From a virus (lineage: Duplodnaviria > Caudoviricetes), in IMG/VR virus record IMGVR_UViG_3300033076_000460, positions 1-59,518 of that record: a DNA stretch of 59,518 bases. The stretch is one strand, 5' to 3'. Both the position numbers and the translations under genes were made by a program. A model generated the notes under the pieces. It did no database searches. It was not told the DNA's origin and saw only the letters and a program-made list of their open reading frames with translations. Shown piece by piece: positions 1 to 7,085 of the stretch (within the stretch, counting starts at the first letter, position 1; each line of letters opens with the position of its first letter).

Positions 1-152
1 GTCGATGCGGTGATGGGGTCATCTACGATAGTAGTTCTCCCCACCATGAACAAGCCTGCGAAGAAAGCAAACTGCTTCTCACGCATCAGGCTCACATGAA
101 CAAGCTCAAGCCGCTTCTCAGCGGGAAGCTTGGACTTAATTACTGCGCTCAT
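1..152 (-). CDS. DUF2201-type putative metallopeptidase/VWA protein, N-terminus only (runs off window)
   Basis: Read by hand: MSAVIKSKLPAEKRLELVHVSLMREKQFAFFAGLFMVGRTTIVDDPITAST. Matches the start of DUF2201_N (F..L...TA[S/A]TDG). ATGA overlap with the upstream gene; close to a MoxR-like AAA gene. Confidence 0.65.
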   Translation of the reverse strand, partial: MSAVIKSKLPAEKRLELVHVSLMREKQFAFFAGLFMVGRTTIVDDPITAS

Positions 153-514
153 TTCTTTACTCCTTGGTTAAGTTCGTCAGGTACATCAACCTCGTCGCCC
201 AGCTTGCTGGCAACAAAGCATCGCATGGCCGCGATCAGTGGGGTGTCACCGTACATGAGACACCAGCCCTTGTCATCAAACACCTTGGCTCGTGTGGCGC
301 ACACCCCAAGACCACCTCGCACCTTTGCGTAGTAGCCAATGGCGATCTGTTCTCTCTCAATGATCGGTCCACCTTGCGCCCAGTCGGTTGAGTAGGCGGC
401 ATAGCTGGAAGGCTTGCCGTCAAGCCAAATGGGAAACCTACGGCTGTTCTCCACAACCATCGACACCGCCCAGTCAAGGGCAGTGTCTTTCAACTCACTT
501 GTCTTGATCTTCAT
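149..514 (-). CDS. NinX/DUF2591 family phage protein
   Basis: LDWAV and YSTDWAQGGPIIERE motifs, plus GDTPLIAAMRCFVASKLG. Confidence 0.8.
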   Translation of the reverse strand: MKIKTSELKDTALDWAVSMVVENSRRFPIWLDGKPSSYAAYSTDWAQGGPIIEREQIAIGYYAKVRGGLGVCATRAKVFDDKGWCLMYGDTPLIAAMRCFVASKLGDEVDVPDELNQGVKK

Positions 515-684
515 TTCTTTACTTCTTCTGTGATTTGGTAAGTGAATGTGAAGTTGGTTCCATCCGCTTCCCCCTTGGGTGAATCTTTGACCATGTCTTC
601 GATACTAAGCAGTGCGCCCTCAACAGACGCATGGATGGCATCCCAGTCAGGTGCTTCCACTTCGATCTCTAATACAAACTTCAT
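511..684 (-). CDS. hypothetical protein
   Basis: MKFVLEIEVEAPDW...; GGAG RBS; ATGA overlaps at both ends. Confidence 0.65.
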   Translation of the reverse strand: MKFVLEIEVEAPDWDAIHASVEGALLSIEDMVKDSPKGEADGTNFTFTYQITEEVKK

Positions 685-884
685 TTCGTTTCTCCCAATG
701 ATGTGATCCGCGCCTTTGCGATGACCGCCTCGGTCGCGGTCGCGCACGCCTGTTCGAATTGCTCAAGATTGAGGTCGCCCTCGATCAGCACCTCGCGGAG
801 TGTGCTGGTGAGTGCATCGATCCGCTCGATCAACTCCTGCCTGTGCTTCTTGATGTATGGCAAGGTCATTGCGTCTTTGCCCAT
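681..884 (-). CDS. hypothetical coiled-coil protein
   Basis: MGKDAMTLPYIKK...; GGAGG RBS; fits the tightly packed operon. Confidence 0.6.
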   Translation of the reverse strand: MGKDAMTLPYIKKHRQELIERIDALTSTLREVLIEGDLNLEQFEQACATATEAVIAKARITSLGETK

Positions 885-885
885 G

Positions 886-1071
886 TCACACCTCCCTTGC
901 CATGTGGCGTTTGTAGTCGGCAACGATGGTCTCGCGCATCTCGTCATCGCTGAGGATAGCTTTGATGAACAGTTTTGCCCCCTTGGTCTCGTCGCGGTAC
1001 TTGAGCCACATGGCCGTAGCCACGACAGCCCATGCGAACAGAACAATTTCAGTGAATGTGATTTCAAGCAT
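886..1071 (-). CDS. small membrane protein
   Basis: MLEITFTEIVLFAWAVVATAMW, N-terminal hydrophobic helix; GGAGG RBS. Confidence 0.65.
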   Translation of the reverse strand: MLEITFTEIVLFAWAVVATAMWLKYRDETKGAKLFIKAILSDDEMRETIVADYKRHMAREV

Positions 1072-1267
1072 GGTTAGCCTCCGAAATATCCGACGCCTTG
1101 TCGGTTTCTTCAAGAACTTGGTTTGTGATTTCCTGACGCAGGGCAAGCACGTAGAGCTCCATCTCATGAGCTTCCTCGTGCCGCTGCAACCTACGCAGGG
1201 CTTGGGCAAAGTCCATCCCGCTCGTATAGAGCGTCTGAACAATGCGTTGTTTGTCAGTCTTGACCAT
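1064..1267 (-). CDS. hypothetical protein
   Basis: MVKTDKQRIVQTL...; overlaps neighbours in the operon. Confidence 0.55.
   Translation of the reverse strand: MVKTDKQRIVQTLYTSGMDFAQALRRLQRHEEAHEMELYVLALRQEITNQVLEETDKASDISEANHA
1083..1111. promoter_or_regulatory. 29-bp palindromic element, copy 1
   Basis: GAAATATCCGACG-CCT-TGTCGGTTTCTTC, directly upstream of the RBS of 886..1071. Confidence 0.7.
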
Positions 1268-1409
1268 CTGCAACATCCTCCAAAGTAGTGGACACGGTCT
1301 CGGGTTCTTCAACAACCACGCGCAGGAAACGAACACCATCGAAGATCTCGATGATTTCAAACTCCACGCCCGCGTTGTCGAGCAAGTCGTACAGTTGAGT
1401 GGGCGTCAT
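1254..1409 (-). CDS. small acidic hypothetical protein
   Basis: MTPTQLYDLLDNAGVEFEIIE...; starts 2 nt after the ATPase stop. Confidence 0.6.
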   Translation of the reverse strand: MTPTQLYDLLDNAGVEFEIIEIFDGVRFLRVVVEEPETVSTTLEDVADGQD

Positions 1410-1411
1410 GA

Positions 1412-2494
1412 TCAGCCTTTCAAGCCAGCGAACATGTACTGGTTCTCGCGGGCCCAAGCCACGAAGGCCGGGTGAGACATGACCCACTGCTTCTTGATCT
1501 TCACTTCCAAGATCGAGTTGATGAACACGGCTTGCACTTCCTTGGGCATACGCTTGACGTAGCGCAACCAAGTCGCAAAGCTTTCTTTGTCCACCGCTTG
1601 CACCGCCTTGAACACAAGGATGCACTGAGCTGCCGGGCTGCTCGGAACAATCGCCGTATCAGGGCTTGACTCGATGGACTCACGCGTTGGGAGCTGATCA
1701 GCAAGTTCAATGAATGCTTGCATATCACGCGACGCCGCAAAGCCAATCGTGCCGTCGAGGCATCCGATGAACGCATTCTCCGTGAGCCGGTCGCGACGCA
1801 AGACCCAGTGCGAAGCTTTCGCAAGGGAGCGCGGCGACACGAACGCAGTCTGCGACGCATCATTGGGGTTGAAGATGTACGGGTTCTTCTCTTGCCCGCC
1901 GTCCATGTACGACGCCATGCAGTGCTCGTACTCGTGGACCCAAGCGATCACCTCGGGCGCGATGCCGTTGTTGCCCGCCCAGGCACACCATTCTTTTGCA
2001 GTAGGTTTCATGTAGTTCAGCCAAGTCTGTCGGTTGCGGGTATGCGCCTTGCTTGAGTCGCCCACACCATCGCCGTCCATGTTGCCGGTGGTGAAGACGA
2101 TTGAGTCAGGGTGCAGGGGGAAGTCACCAAGTCTGCGCTCGTGCAGTAGCGGGTGCAAGGTGTTACGCACATAGTCGTCGGTCTTGGTCCACTCGTCAAT
2201 CATGATGGCCAGAGGCTCATTCAGATGCAACCCATACGCACCAGATGGGTAGAAGTCCAACGTGCGGGTGTCGTGGTTGGGGATGGGCATGCCCGACTGA
2301 CCAACGTCAGTGTTGGGGCCGTCGATGTAGATGCCCCGGTAACCGGTGCGGGCGATGATTTCCTTGTGCATCGCGGTCTTGCCAACGCCCGGTTCGCCCA
2401 TCAGGTGAACAGCGTTCTCGCCAGCGTTGAGCAGGATGTCCACGGTCTCAGCGAAGTTGACGCGACGGGACAGGTTCAGATCAGATTTAGCCAT
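1412..2494 (-). CDS. MoxR-like AAA+ ATPase
   Basis: Walker A GEPGVGKT, Walker B IMIDEW, TTGN sensor, SPRS motif; GGAG RBS before MAKSD. Confidence 0.9.
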   Translation of the reverse strand: MAKSDLNLSRRVNFAETVDILLNAGENAVHLMGEPGVGKTAMHKEIIARTGYRGIYIDGPNTDVGQSGMPIPNHDTRTLDFYPSGAYGLHLNEPLAIMIDEWTKTDDYVRNTLHPLLHERRLGDFPLHPDSIVFTTGNMDGDGVGDSSKAHTRNRQTWLNYMKPTAKEWCAWAGNNGIAPEVIAWVHEYEHCMASYMDGGQEKNPYIFNPNDASQTAFVSPRSLAKASHWVLRRDRLTENAFIGCLDGTIGFAASRDMQAFIELADQLPTRESIESSPDTAIVPSSPAAQCILVFKAVQAVDKESFATWLRYVKRMPKEVQAVFINSILEVKIKKQWVMSHPAFVAWARENQYMFAGLKG

Positions 2495-2516
2495 GGTGGC
2501 TCTCCATAAGTGAGGT

Positions 2517-2545
2517 GAAATAAACGACAACTGGTCGGTTTTTTC
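2517..2545. promoter_or_regulatory. 29-bp palindromic element, copy 2
   Basis: GAAATAAACGACA-ACT-GGTCGGTTTTTTC, upstream of the ATPase RBS. Confidence 0.6.
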
Positions 2546-2792
2546 AGGACCGAAGTTGCTTCTGGTTTGTGTCCAGCAATGTGCTGAACGCCGCAGTCGG
2601 GGTCACTAGCATGTAGGGGCCCTTGCCGTACGGCTGGATGACGCACCAAGAGGCGCGTGTAGAAACAGCGAGAGACTCGCCGCATGGTAGGCACACTCGA
2701 TACCCGAGTTGCCAACGTGCCGCCGCCACGCCCGCCCCGCATTGGGAGCACGCGTTGTCGGCGGCATCGTATTCGTTGTCTATTGGTTGCAT
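2544..2792 (-). CDS. C4 zinc-finger protein (DksA/TraR-like finger)
   Basis: CSQCG...ARWQLGYRVCLPCG; AGGAG RBS. Confidence 0.65.
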   Translation of the reverse strand: MQPIDNEYDAADNACSQCGAGVAAARWQLGYRVCLPCGESLAVSTRASWCVIQPYGKGPYMLVTPTAAFSTLLDTNQKQLRS

Positions 2793-2804
2793 TGTGGTTC
2801 TCCT

Positions 2805-2833
2805 GAAGGATCCGACACCATGTCGGTTTCTTC
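2805..2833. promoter_or_regulatory. 29-bp palindromic element, copy 3
   Basis: GAAGGATCCGACA-CCA-TGTCGGTTTCTTC, abutting the RBS of 2544..2792. Confidence 0.7.
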
Positions 2834-2889
2834 GACATGGCATCGGGGTCAAAGTTGTGGCTGTCATCATCAAATGTGTCTAAAGACAC

Positions 2890-2918
2890 ATTCTACCACA
2901 TATTCTTGACAATGTCAA
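2890..2918 (-). promoter_or_regulatory. sigma70 promoter (early, leftward)
   Basis: TTGACA-17 nt-TAGAAT on the minus strand. Confidence 0.85.
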
Positions 2919-2941
2919 TACCCCTTTCGCCTTTTTGGGCG

Positions 2942-3670
2942 TCATTTCGGGTTATTGGCTTCCCATTCCTTGCGGCGGCGGATCATTTCAAAGATGTCGT
3001 CGGTGAGATCCGGGTGCTCCACATCTTGACTGGTTTCGTCCAGCACCTCGGGCAGTGGCTCGGACCTGCGGAACGGACGCTCAAGGTCATCCCAGTCTGA
3101 ATCGGTGATCGGCTTGGCCGCGCCCCGTGCGGCGGCGGGTTCAAAGCCCTTGATCACCAGCACAGGGTCTTCCCCAGCGTAGTTCGGCAGTCGGAACTGG
3201 GGCGGCACGTACCGCTTGTGGTCTGGGAGGCCGTTGCCGTCAAAGCCCGCGATGACCGCCGCGTCCATCAGCCGCTTGATGTGCAGGGGATTCTTGGGGC
3301 GCATGGACTCGATGACCTCGTCGGGCGGGGCGATCGATTCACGTTGGGCTTCTTGCTGGGGGAACAATCCGTTGGGGTTTGGGAGCTTCGCCCGCTTGAC
3401 CATGTACTTGCGGGACTCGGTGTAGTGGTAGGGATTGACGCAGAAGTCCGAGTTGCACTTTCGCACCAGACGTCGGCCATACGGGATGTACTTACAGATA
3501 ACGAATAGGATGCGCACGACCGACGACGTCCCGAATGCAACCGCCATGGGGGAGGCCGGGCCGAGCATGGGCATGGAGCATGAGGACTCGGGCCAGAGGT
3601 AGCAGTCGTCGTGGATCTGGCAGTGGTCGAGCAGGTCGTCGGCAGTTTTGTATTTCAGCGGGCGAGGCAT
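2942..3670 (-). CDS. protein with N-terminal HNH/His-Me finger-like zinc motif
   Basis: DDCYLWP and RKCNSDFCVNPYHY resemble the phage HNH motifs CW.W and H.CDN..CVNP.HL; AAGGAG RBS. Confidence 0.6.
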   Translation of the reverse strand: MPRPLKYKTADDLLDHCQIHDDCYLWPESSCSMPMLGPASPMAVAFGTSSVVRILFVICKYIPYGRRLVRKCNSDFCVNPYHYTESRKYMVKRAKLPNPNGLFPQQEAQRESIAPPDEVIESMRPKNPLHIKRLMDAAVIAGFDGNGLPDHKRYVPPQFRLPNYAGEDPVLVIKGFEPAAARGAAKPITDSDWDDLERPFRRSEPLPEVLDETSQDVEHPDLTDDIFEMIRRRKEWEANNPK

Positions 3671-3711
3671 GATGGGCTCCTTGAGGGGGTGATTTCTATA
3701 AAACGAGGCTA

Positions 3712-3740
3712 ATTTTATAATTGAATTTGGGGCGTGTCAA
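3712..3740 (-). promoter_or_regulatory. sigma70 promoter (leftward)
   Basis: TTGACA-17 nt-TAAAAT on the minus strand, upstream of 2942..3670. Confidence 0.85.
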
Positions 3741-3744
3741 TAAA

Positions 3745-3757
3745 AATCAAGGGTTTA
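3745..3757 (+). promoter_or_regulatory. IHF consensus site
   Basis: AATCAAGGGTTTA fits WATCAANNNNTTR. Confidence 0.55.
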
Positions 3758-3946
3758 TTTGCGTAATGTCTTAAATAAATTGTATAAATCACGTTTTTTG
3801 GAAAGTATGAAAGGGAGAGAATGAGCGCGGGAGGGCATGGGGCTGGGTCTGGGGGCTCAGCGAGGAAATTTCGGCGGATTATTCAATTTCTAAAAACACT
3901 GTATTATATGATTTAAAATTTATATTATTATTAGAGAACTAAGGAA

Positions 3947-3959
3947 AATCAAGGACTTG
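3947..3959 (+). promoter_or_regulatory. IHF consensus site
   Basis: AATCAAGGACTTG fits WATCAANNNNTTR, with AT-rich upstream DNA. Confidence 0.55.
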
Positions 3960-4200
3960 CGGGCTGCACGGATGCGCCGGAAATGTAAAATTAGCTCAAT
4001 AATGTGTGATACGAGGAATATCTTAGGAAACTGGGCTTTTTTGAACTTTGGGGTGGTGCGTTGCCCGCGTGGCTATTGGGTTTGGCGGTTAGTGCCCGCT
4101 TCGCCCGTCCCTGAAATATAAAAATAGCAGAAAAACAACACACTAAGGTTCTCAAAAAGCACTAGGCGAGGCGGGCGATTAGAACTGGGTCTTTATACAG

Positions 4201-4229
4201 GAAAAATCCGACAATGTGTCGGTTTCTTC
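4201..4229. promoter_or_regulatory. 29-bp palindromic element, copy 4
   Basis: GAAAAATCCGACA-ATG-TGTCGGTTTCTTC. Confidence 0.7.
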
Positions 4230-4286
4230 GTCGTTGTTTTTACGCGACAATGGCAAGATCTATGCCAGCTTAGCGGGCAAAGCTAT

Positions 4287-4393
4287 CCCGTTGCTTGCCA
4301 CGTCTCGAGGCCCAGCGCCATCCTATTCGCCAGCATAGCCCGCGTGGGCTGTCCCGTTGCTTCGCACGCGTAGGCTGACCCGTTGCTTCGCAC
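4287..4393. repeat. short direct repeats CCCGTTGCTT x3
   Basis: Copies at 4287, 4353 and 4379; the last two sit in near-identical GGCTGWCCCGTTGCTTCGCAC units. Confidence 0.75.
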
Positions 4394-4474
4394 CGGGAAC
4401 TACTATCGCGCCCGCGCCGCTCGATGGCGGCGCAGTCGCGCCCTGCGCGACCCGCTTCGCGGGCCGAGCAGGCC

Positions 4475-4527
4475 AAAAAAAACCGCCCGCCATGCCGGGC
4501 AGGCACAGCGGGCAAAGCGGGCGGGGA
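4475..4527 (-). terminator. probable intrinsic terminator
   Basis: CCGCCCGC/GCGGGCGG stem followed by a T8 run on the minus strand. Confidence 0.5.
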
Positions 4528-4743
4528 TCATGGGCGCAGGAAGATGGGTTCACGCATGACAAACTCAGCGGCGAAACCTGGATTGCGCAACAGGTCACCG
4601 CCATTGTCATCAACAAAATTGCGGAGCACGGTTTCGCGCTCGGCGTATTCGCAAGGAATAGATGCCAGCGTAGCGCGCTTGAGCCGACCATTGGGCATGG
4701 TCACGAACATGAGAATCAACAAAGTACCAGAAACATTTTCCAT
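4528..4743 (-). CDS. hypothetical protein
   Basis: 71-aa ORF with GGAG RBS, bounded by terminators. Confidence 0.5.
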   Translation of the reverse strand: MENVSGTLLILMFVTMPNGRLKRATLASIPCEYAERETVLRNFVDDNGGDLLRNPGFAAEFVMREPIFLRP

Positions 4744-4757
4744 GATGGAACTCCAAT

Positions 4758-4816
4758 AAAGAAAGAAAAGAAAAGCCCACCCCGGAGGGTGGGCAGGAAA
4801 GCCCCCGAAGGGGCTG
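4758..4816 (-). terminator. tandem intrinsic terminators
   Basis: AGCCCC-TTCG-GGGGCT hairpin with TTT, then GCCCACCC...GGGTGGGC hairpin with TTTTCTTTTCTTT. Confidence 0.75.
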
Positions 4817-4819
4817 GGA

Positions 4820-5539
4820 TCACTTGGACGCCTGAACCATGCGGATCAGGATTTCGACCGAGTCAGGTGTGCCAGCTTTGGCCAGCTCGCGAATGCGCTT
4901 TGTGAGCGCATCGGCCAATTGCTTCGCCTCGGCCTTGACCTTGTCGATCTCGGGCTTCGCGCGGGCTTCGAGCTCTTTGGCCAATTCGCCCGCCACGCGC
5001 AGGGACTTCGAATCACCCTTTTCGATCAGCTCGGTGCGCTGGGCTTCCAGCTCGAGCTCCGTCATTTTTGCCAGCTCGGCCCTGCGCTTCTCGGCCTTCT
5101 CGCTCATGCGCTTTGCGTCCTTGCCCTCGGCTCTAGGACGGACAAAGCCCGCATTGCTGATCAATCGATTGATCGAACGACGCCAGACCGCGCCCGCGCT
5201 ATCCTCTTCCATGGACTCCGCGCCCGCATCGTATGCCGCCTTGACGAACACCGCGCGAATGCGCATGAAATCATCGTAGGGCACAGGAATGAGCTTCTTT
5301 GTCTCCGGATCGCGCACAGGCTTGCTGTCATCGTCACAGACGCAAATCCATGGGAGGAGTTGCGCGTCACGCTGTTGCAGAACATCCGTGGCCTGACCGA
5401 TCACGGCTTCGGTTTTTTGCATGTCAAAACCGATCGCCGACACCGTGGCTTCCACGTCTGACCACAAACGACCGTTGAACATCTCAGCCGAGGCCGAGGC
5501 CACTGCGGACACTGCCGCTTGGTTTGCTTGGTTTGCCAT
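4820..5539 (-). CDS. hypothetical helical protein, first gene of the leftward arm
   Basis: MANQANQAAV... with GGGAG RBS; GC3-rich codons; charged coiled-coil C-terminus. Confidence 0.75.
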   Translation of the reverse strand: MANQANQAAVSAVASASAEMFNGRLWSDVEATVSAIGFDMQKTEAVIGQATDVLQQRDAQLLPWICVCDDDSKPVRDPETKKLIPVPYDDFMRIRAVFVKAAYDAGAESMEEDSAGAVWRRSINRLISNAGFVRPRAEGKDAKRMSEKAEKRRAELAKMTELELEAQRTELIEKGDSKSLRVAGELAKELEARAKPEIDKVKAEAKQLADALTKRIRELAKAGTPDSVEILIRMVQASK

Positions 5540-5577
5540 TTTTAACTCCCGATAAGAGGAAGGGCAGGATCGCCCGC

Positions 5578-5607
5578 GAAGAAACCTACACCAATGTAGG
5601 TTTTTTC
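5578..5607. promoter_or_regulatory. 30-bp palindromic element, copy 5 (covariant)
   Basis: GAAGAAACCTACA-CCAA-TGTAGGTTTTTTC; compensatory change relative to the CCGACA/TGTCGG core. Confidence 0.65.
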
Positions 5608-5669
5608 GCAGGACTGCAACGCGGGCATCGCTTTGCTGTCCATGTTTATAACTATACATTGTCTATTAG

Positions 5670-6010
5670 AATGGGGGGGATTTTCCACACAGGGTCACAG
5701 AGCACAGGACAATGTGGGCGCGGGACGCAATGCCCGCAATGCCAAAAAAAATGCGCGACAGTGCCACATCGAACGCAAGGGCGCACCACCGCTCGCGAAG
5801 TGCCACATCGGGCGGTCGGGCCACCCCCACCCCCCAAAACTGCCACATCAGGAGGTACGCATACGTACACAGTGTTTTGCACACCCGATTGGCAATTTTT
5901 ATCATGCAATTCATCATGCACGAGACCCCCCCTCCCCCCTCTGAAATTTGGGGCAAGTCCATCATGCAGCGTGTTCTACAAACACCCCCCGGCTTGGAGT
6001 CCCACAAAAA
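5670..6010. repeat. repeat-rich non-coding region, putative packaging/terminus region
   Basis: TGCCACATC at 5762, 5801 and 5841; ATCATGCA at 5901, 5913 and 5961; long C/G runs; lies at the strand switch just before TerS. Confidence 0.6.
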
Positions 6011-6013
6011 AAT

Positions 6014-6043
6014 TTGCGTACCCTATATTTCTTCTGATACATT
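6014..6043 (+). promoter_or_regulatory. putative rightward promoter
   Basis: TTGCGT-18 nt-TACATT with an extended -10 TG; predicted start near 6050. Confidence 0.5.
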
Positions 6044-6050
6044 TCGTTCC

Positions 6051-6241
6051 GCTGGCTCACAGTAATCTGACCACGACTCCTTTCCTGCTTTCTGTCATTA
6101 GATTGTTGTCAGAAGCTCCCTGAGCCAGCACCAACACGCATGGCCGTGTGCATTCTCCGGAAGCTTCTGTCGAGTAGGGTTTGTTCGGGGCCAGCCGTGT
6201 TGGGAAAGCAGTAAGCCACAGTGGCATCAATTGACGCTGTG
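6051..6241 (+). ncRNA. candidate structured RNA (ncRNA or 5' leader) upstream of TerS
   Basis: Stems 6051-59/6121-29, 6060-70/6098-6108 (3 G-U pairs), 6131-38/6196-6203 and 6217-23/6235-41; two 8-bp pseudoknot pairings. Confidence 0.6.
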
Positions 6242-6278
6242 AGTACCAACGCCCTTCAATGGAGTGCCTTTTTCCTTC

Positions 6279-7085
6279 ATGCAAGTGCCGATCAGCCCTG
6301 ACAAAACCGTCCCTCTCCCAGAAAATCTGGAGCCGGAGGCGGCTACCACCTTACGCGAAAACATGCAGATCGCAGCCAACACGGCAGATCTGATCCATGC
6401 TTTAGGCGGGCGAAGCGAAACTCCAGACACGGTGCAAGTCACCACCAGCGAAGACCCCGATGCGACCGAAGTAACGGGTTCGGCGCAAGCCGCCGACGAC
6501 GTCTTCAAAGCATTCGCCCAGCGGGCGCAGCAACAGTTCGACGAGGCAATGTCCGTCTCGCCCGCCGAGCCAGACAAACCCAAGCGTGGCCGGCCTAGGA
6601 AACATCCAGCTGTTGAAAAACCCAGTGTCAATCCGCCCGCTTTGTACGAAGGAAGTGTAGCTGAGCGTATTTCAGCAATGCTTAAGGAGTACAATAACCC
6701 AATCGTGGCGGACGCCGCCGAGCTGCGGCAGGTCACAATCAACAAGCTGCTGGACTTGTCGATGTGCGGGGATCCGCGCATTGAGATCAAAGCAACGGAG
6801 TTGCTGGGCAAGGTCTCGGATGTGGGGCTCTTCACCGAGAAAACTGAGATCACAGTGACCTATAACAGCGTATCTGACCTTGATCAGATGATTAAGGACA
6901 AAGTTCGCAAAATGTTGATGGCCAATACTGTGGATATCACACCTGTGGTGCTCGATGTGGACAAGGAAATGGGGTTTGAGGAGCAGAAAATCGACGTCGG
7001 AGAGCCCGGTAACCGCAATTTGGACCAAAAATTCGTCGAAAACGTCACTAAATTCCTCGAAAACGGGGAAGGAACTGCCGAATGA
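6279..7085 (+). CDS. terS: terminase small subunit (probable)
   Basis: IKATELLGKVSDVGLFTEKTEIT resembles the Terminase_2 C-terminal motif; ATGA overlap with TerL; start may be GTG at 6264. Confidence 0.65.
   Translation: MQVPISPDKTVPLPENLEPEAATTLRENMQIAANTADLIHALGGRSETPDTVQVTTSEDPDATEVTGSAQAADDVFKAFAQRAQQQFDEAMSVSPAEPDKPKRGRPRKHPAVEKPSVNPPALYEGSVAERISAMLKEYNNPIVADAAELRQVTINKLLDLSMCGDPRIEIKATELLGKVSDVGLFTEKTEITVTYNSVSDLDQMIKDKVRKMLMANTVDITPVVLDVDKEMGFEEQKIDVGEPGNRNLDQKFVENVTKFLENGEGTAE

Larger units (their letters stand above)
3690..4200. other. AT-rich non-coding region, putative replication origin
   Basis: No ORF of 60 aa or more; strongly AT-rich tracts in a GC-rich genome; two IHF consensus sites. 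Confidence 0.5.

Noticed and set aside
4270-4905. Overlapping GC-rich ORFs on both strands
   Set aside because: They cross terminators and repeats; only 4528..4743 has a credible RBS.
1083-5607. Palindromic repeats as a CRISPR array or recombination sites
   Set aside because: Spacing is irregular (hundreds to over a thousand bp), copies are degenerate, no cas or recombinase gene is seen, and a 3-4 bp spacer is too short for tyrosine recombinase sites.
5524-6284. Several ORFs of 75-199 aa in the strand-switch region
   Set aside because: Atypical composition, no RBS, and overlap with repeats and the structured RNA; probably non-coding.
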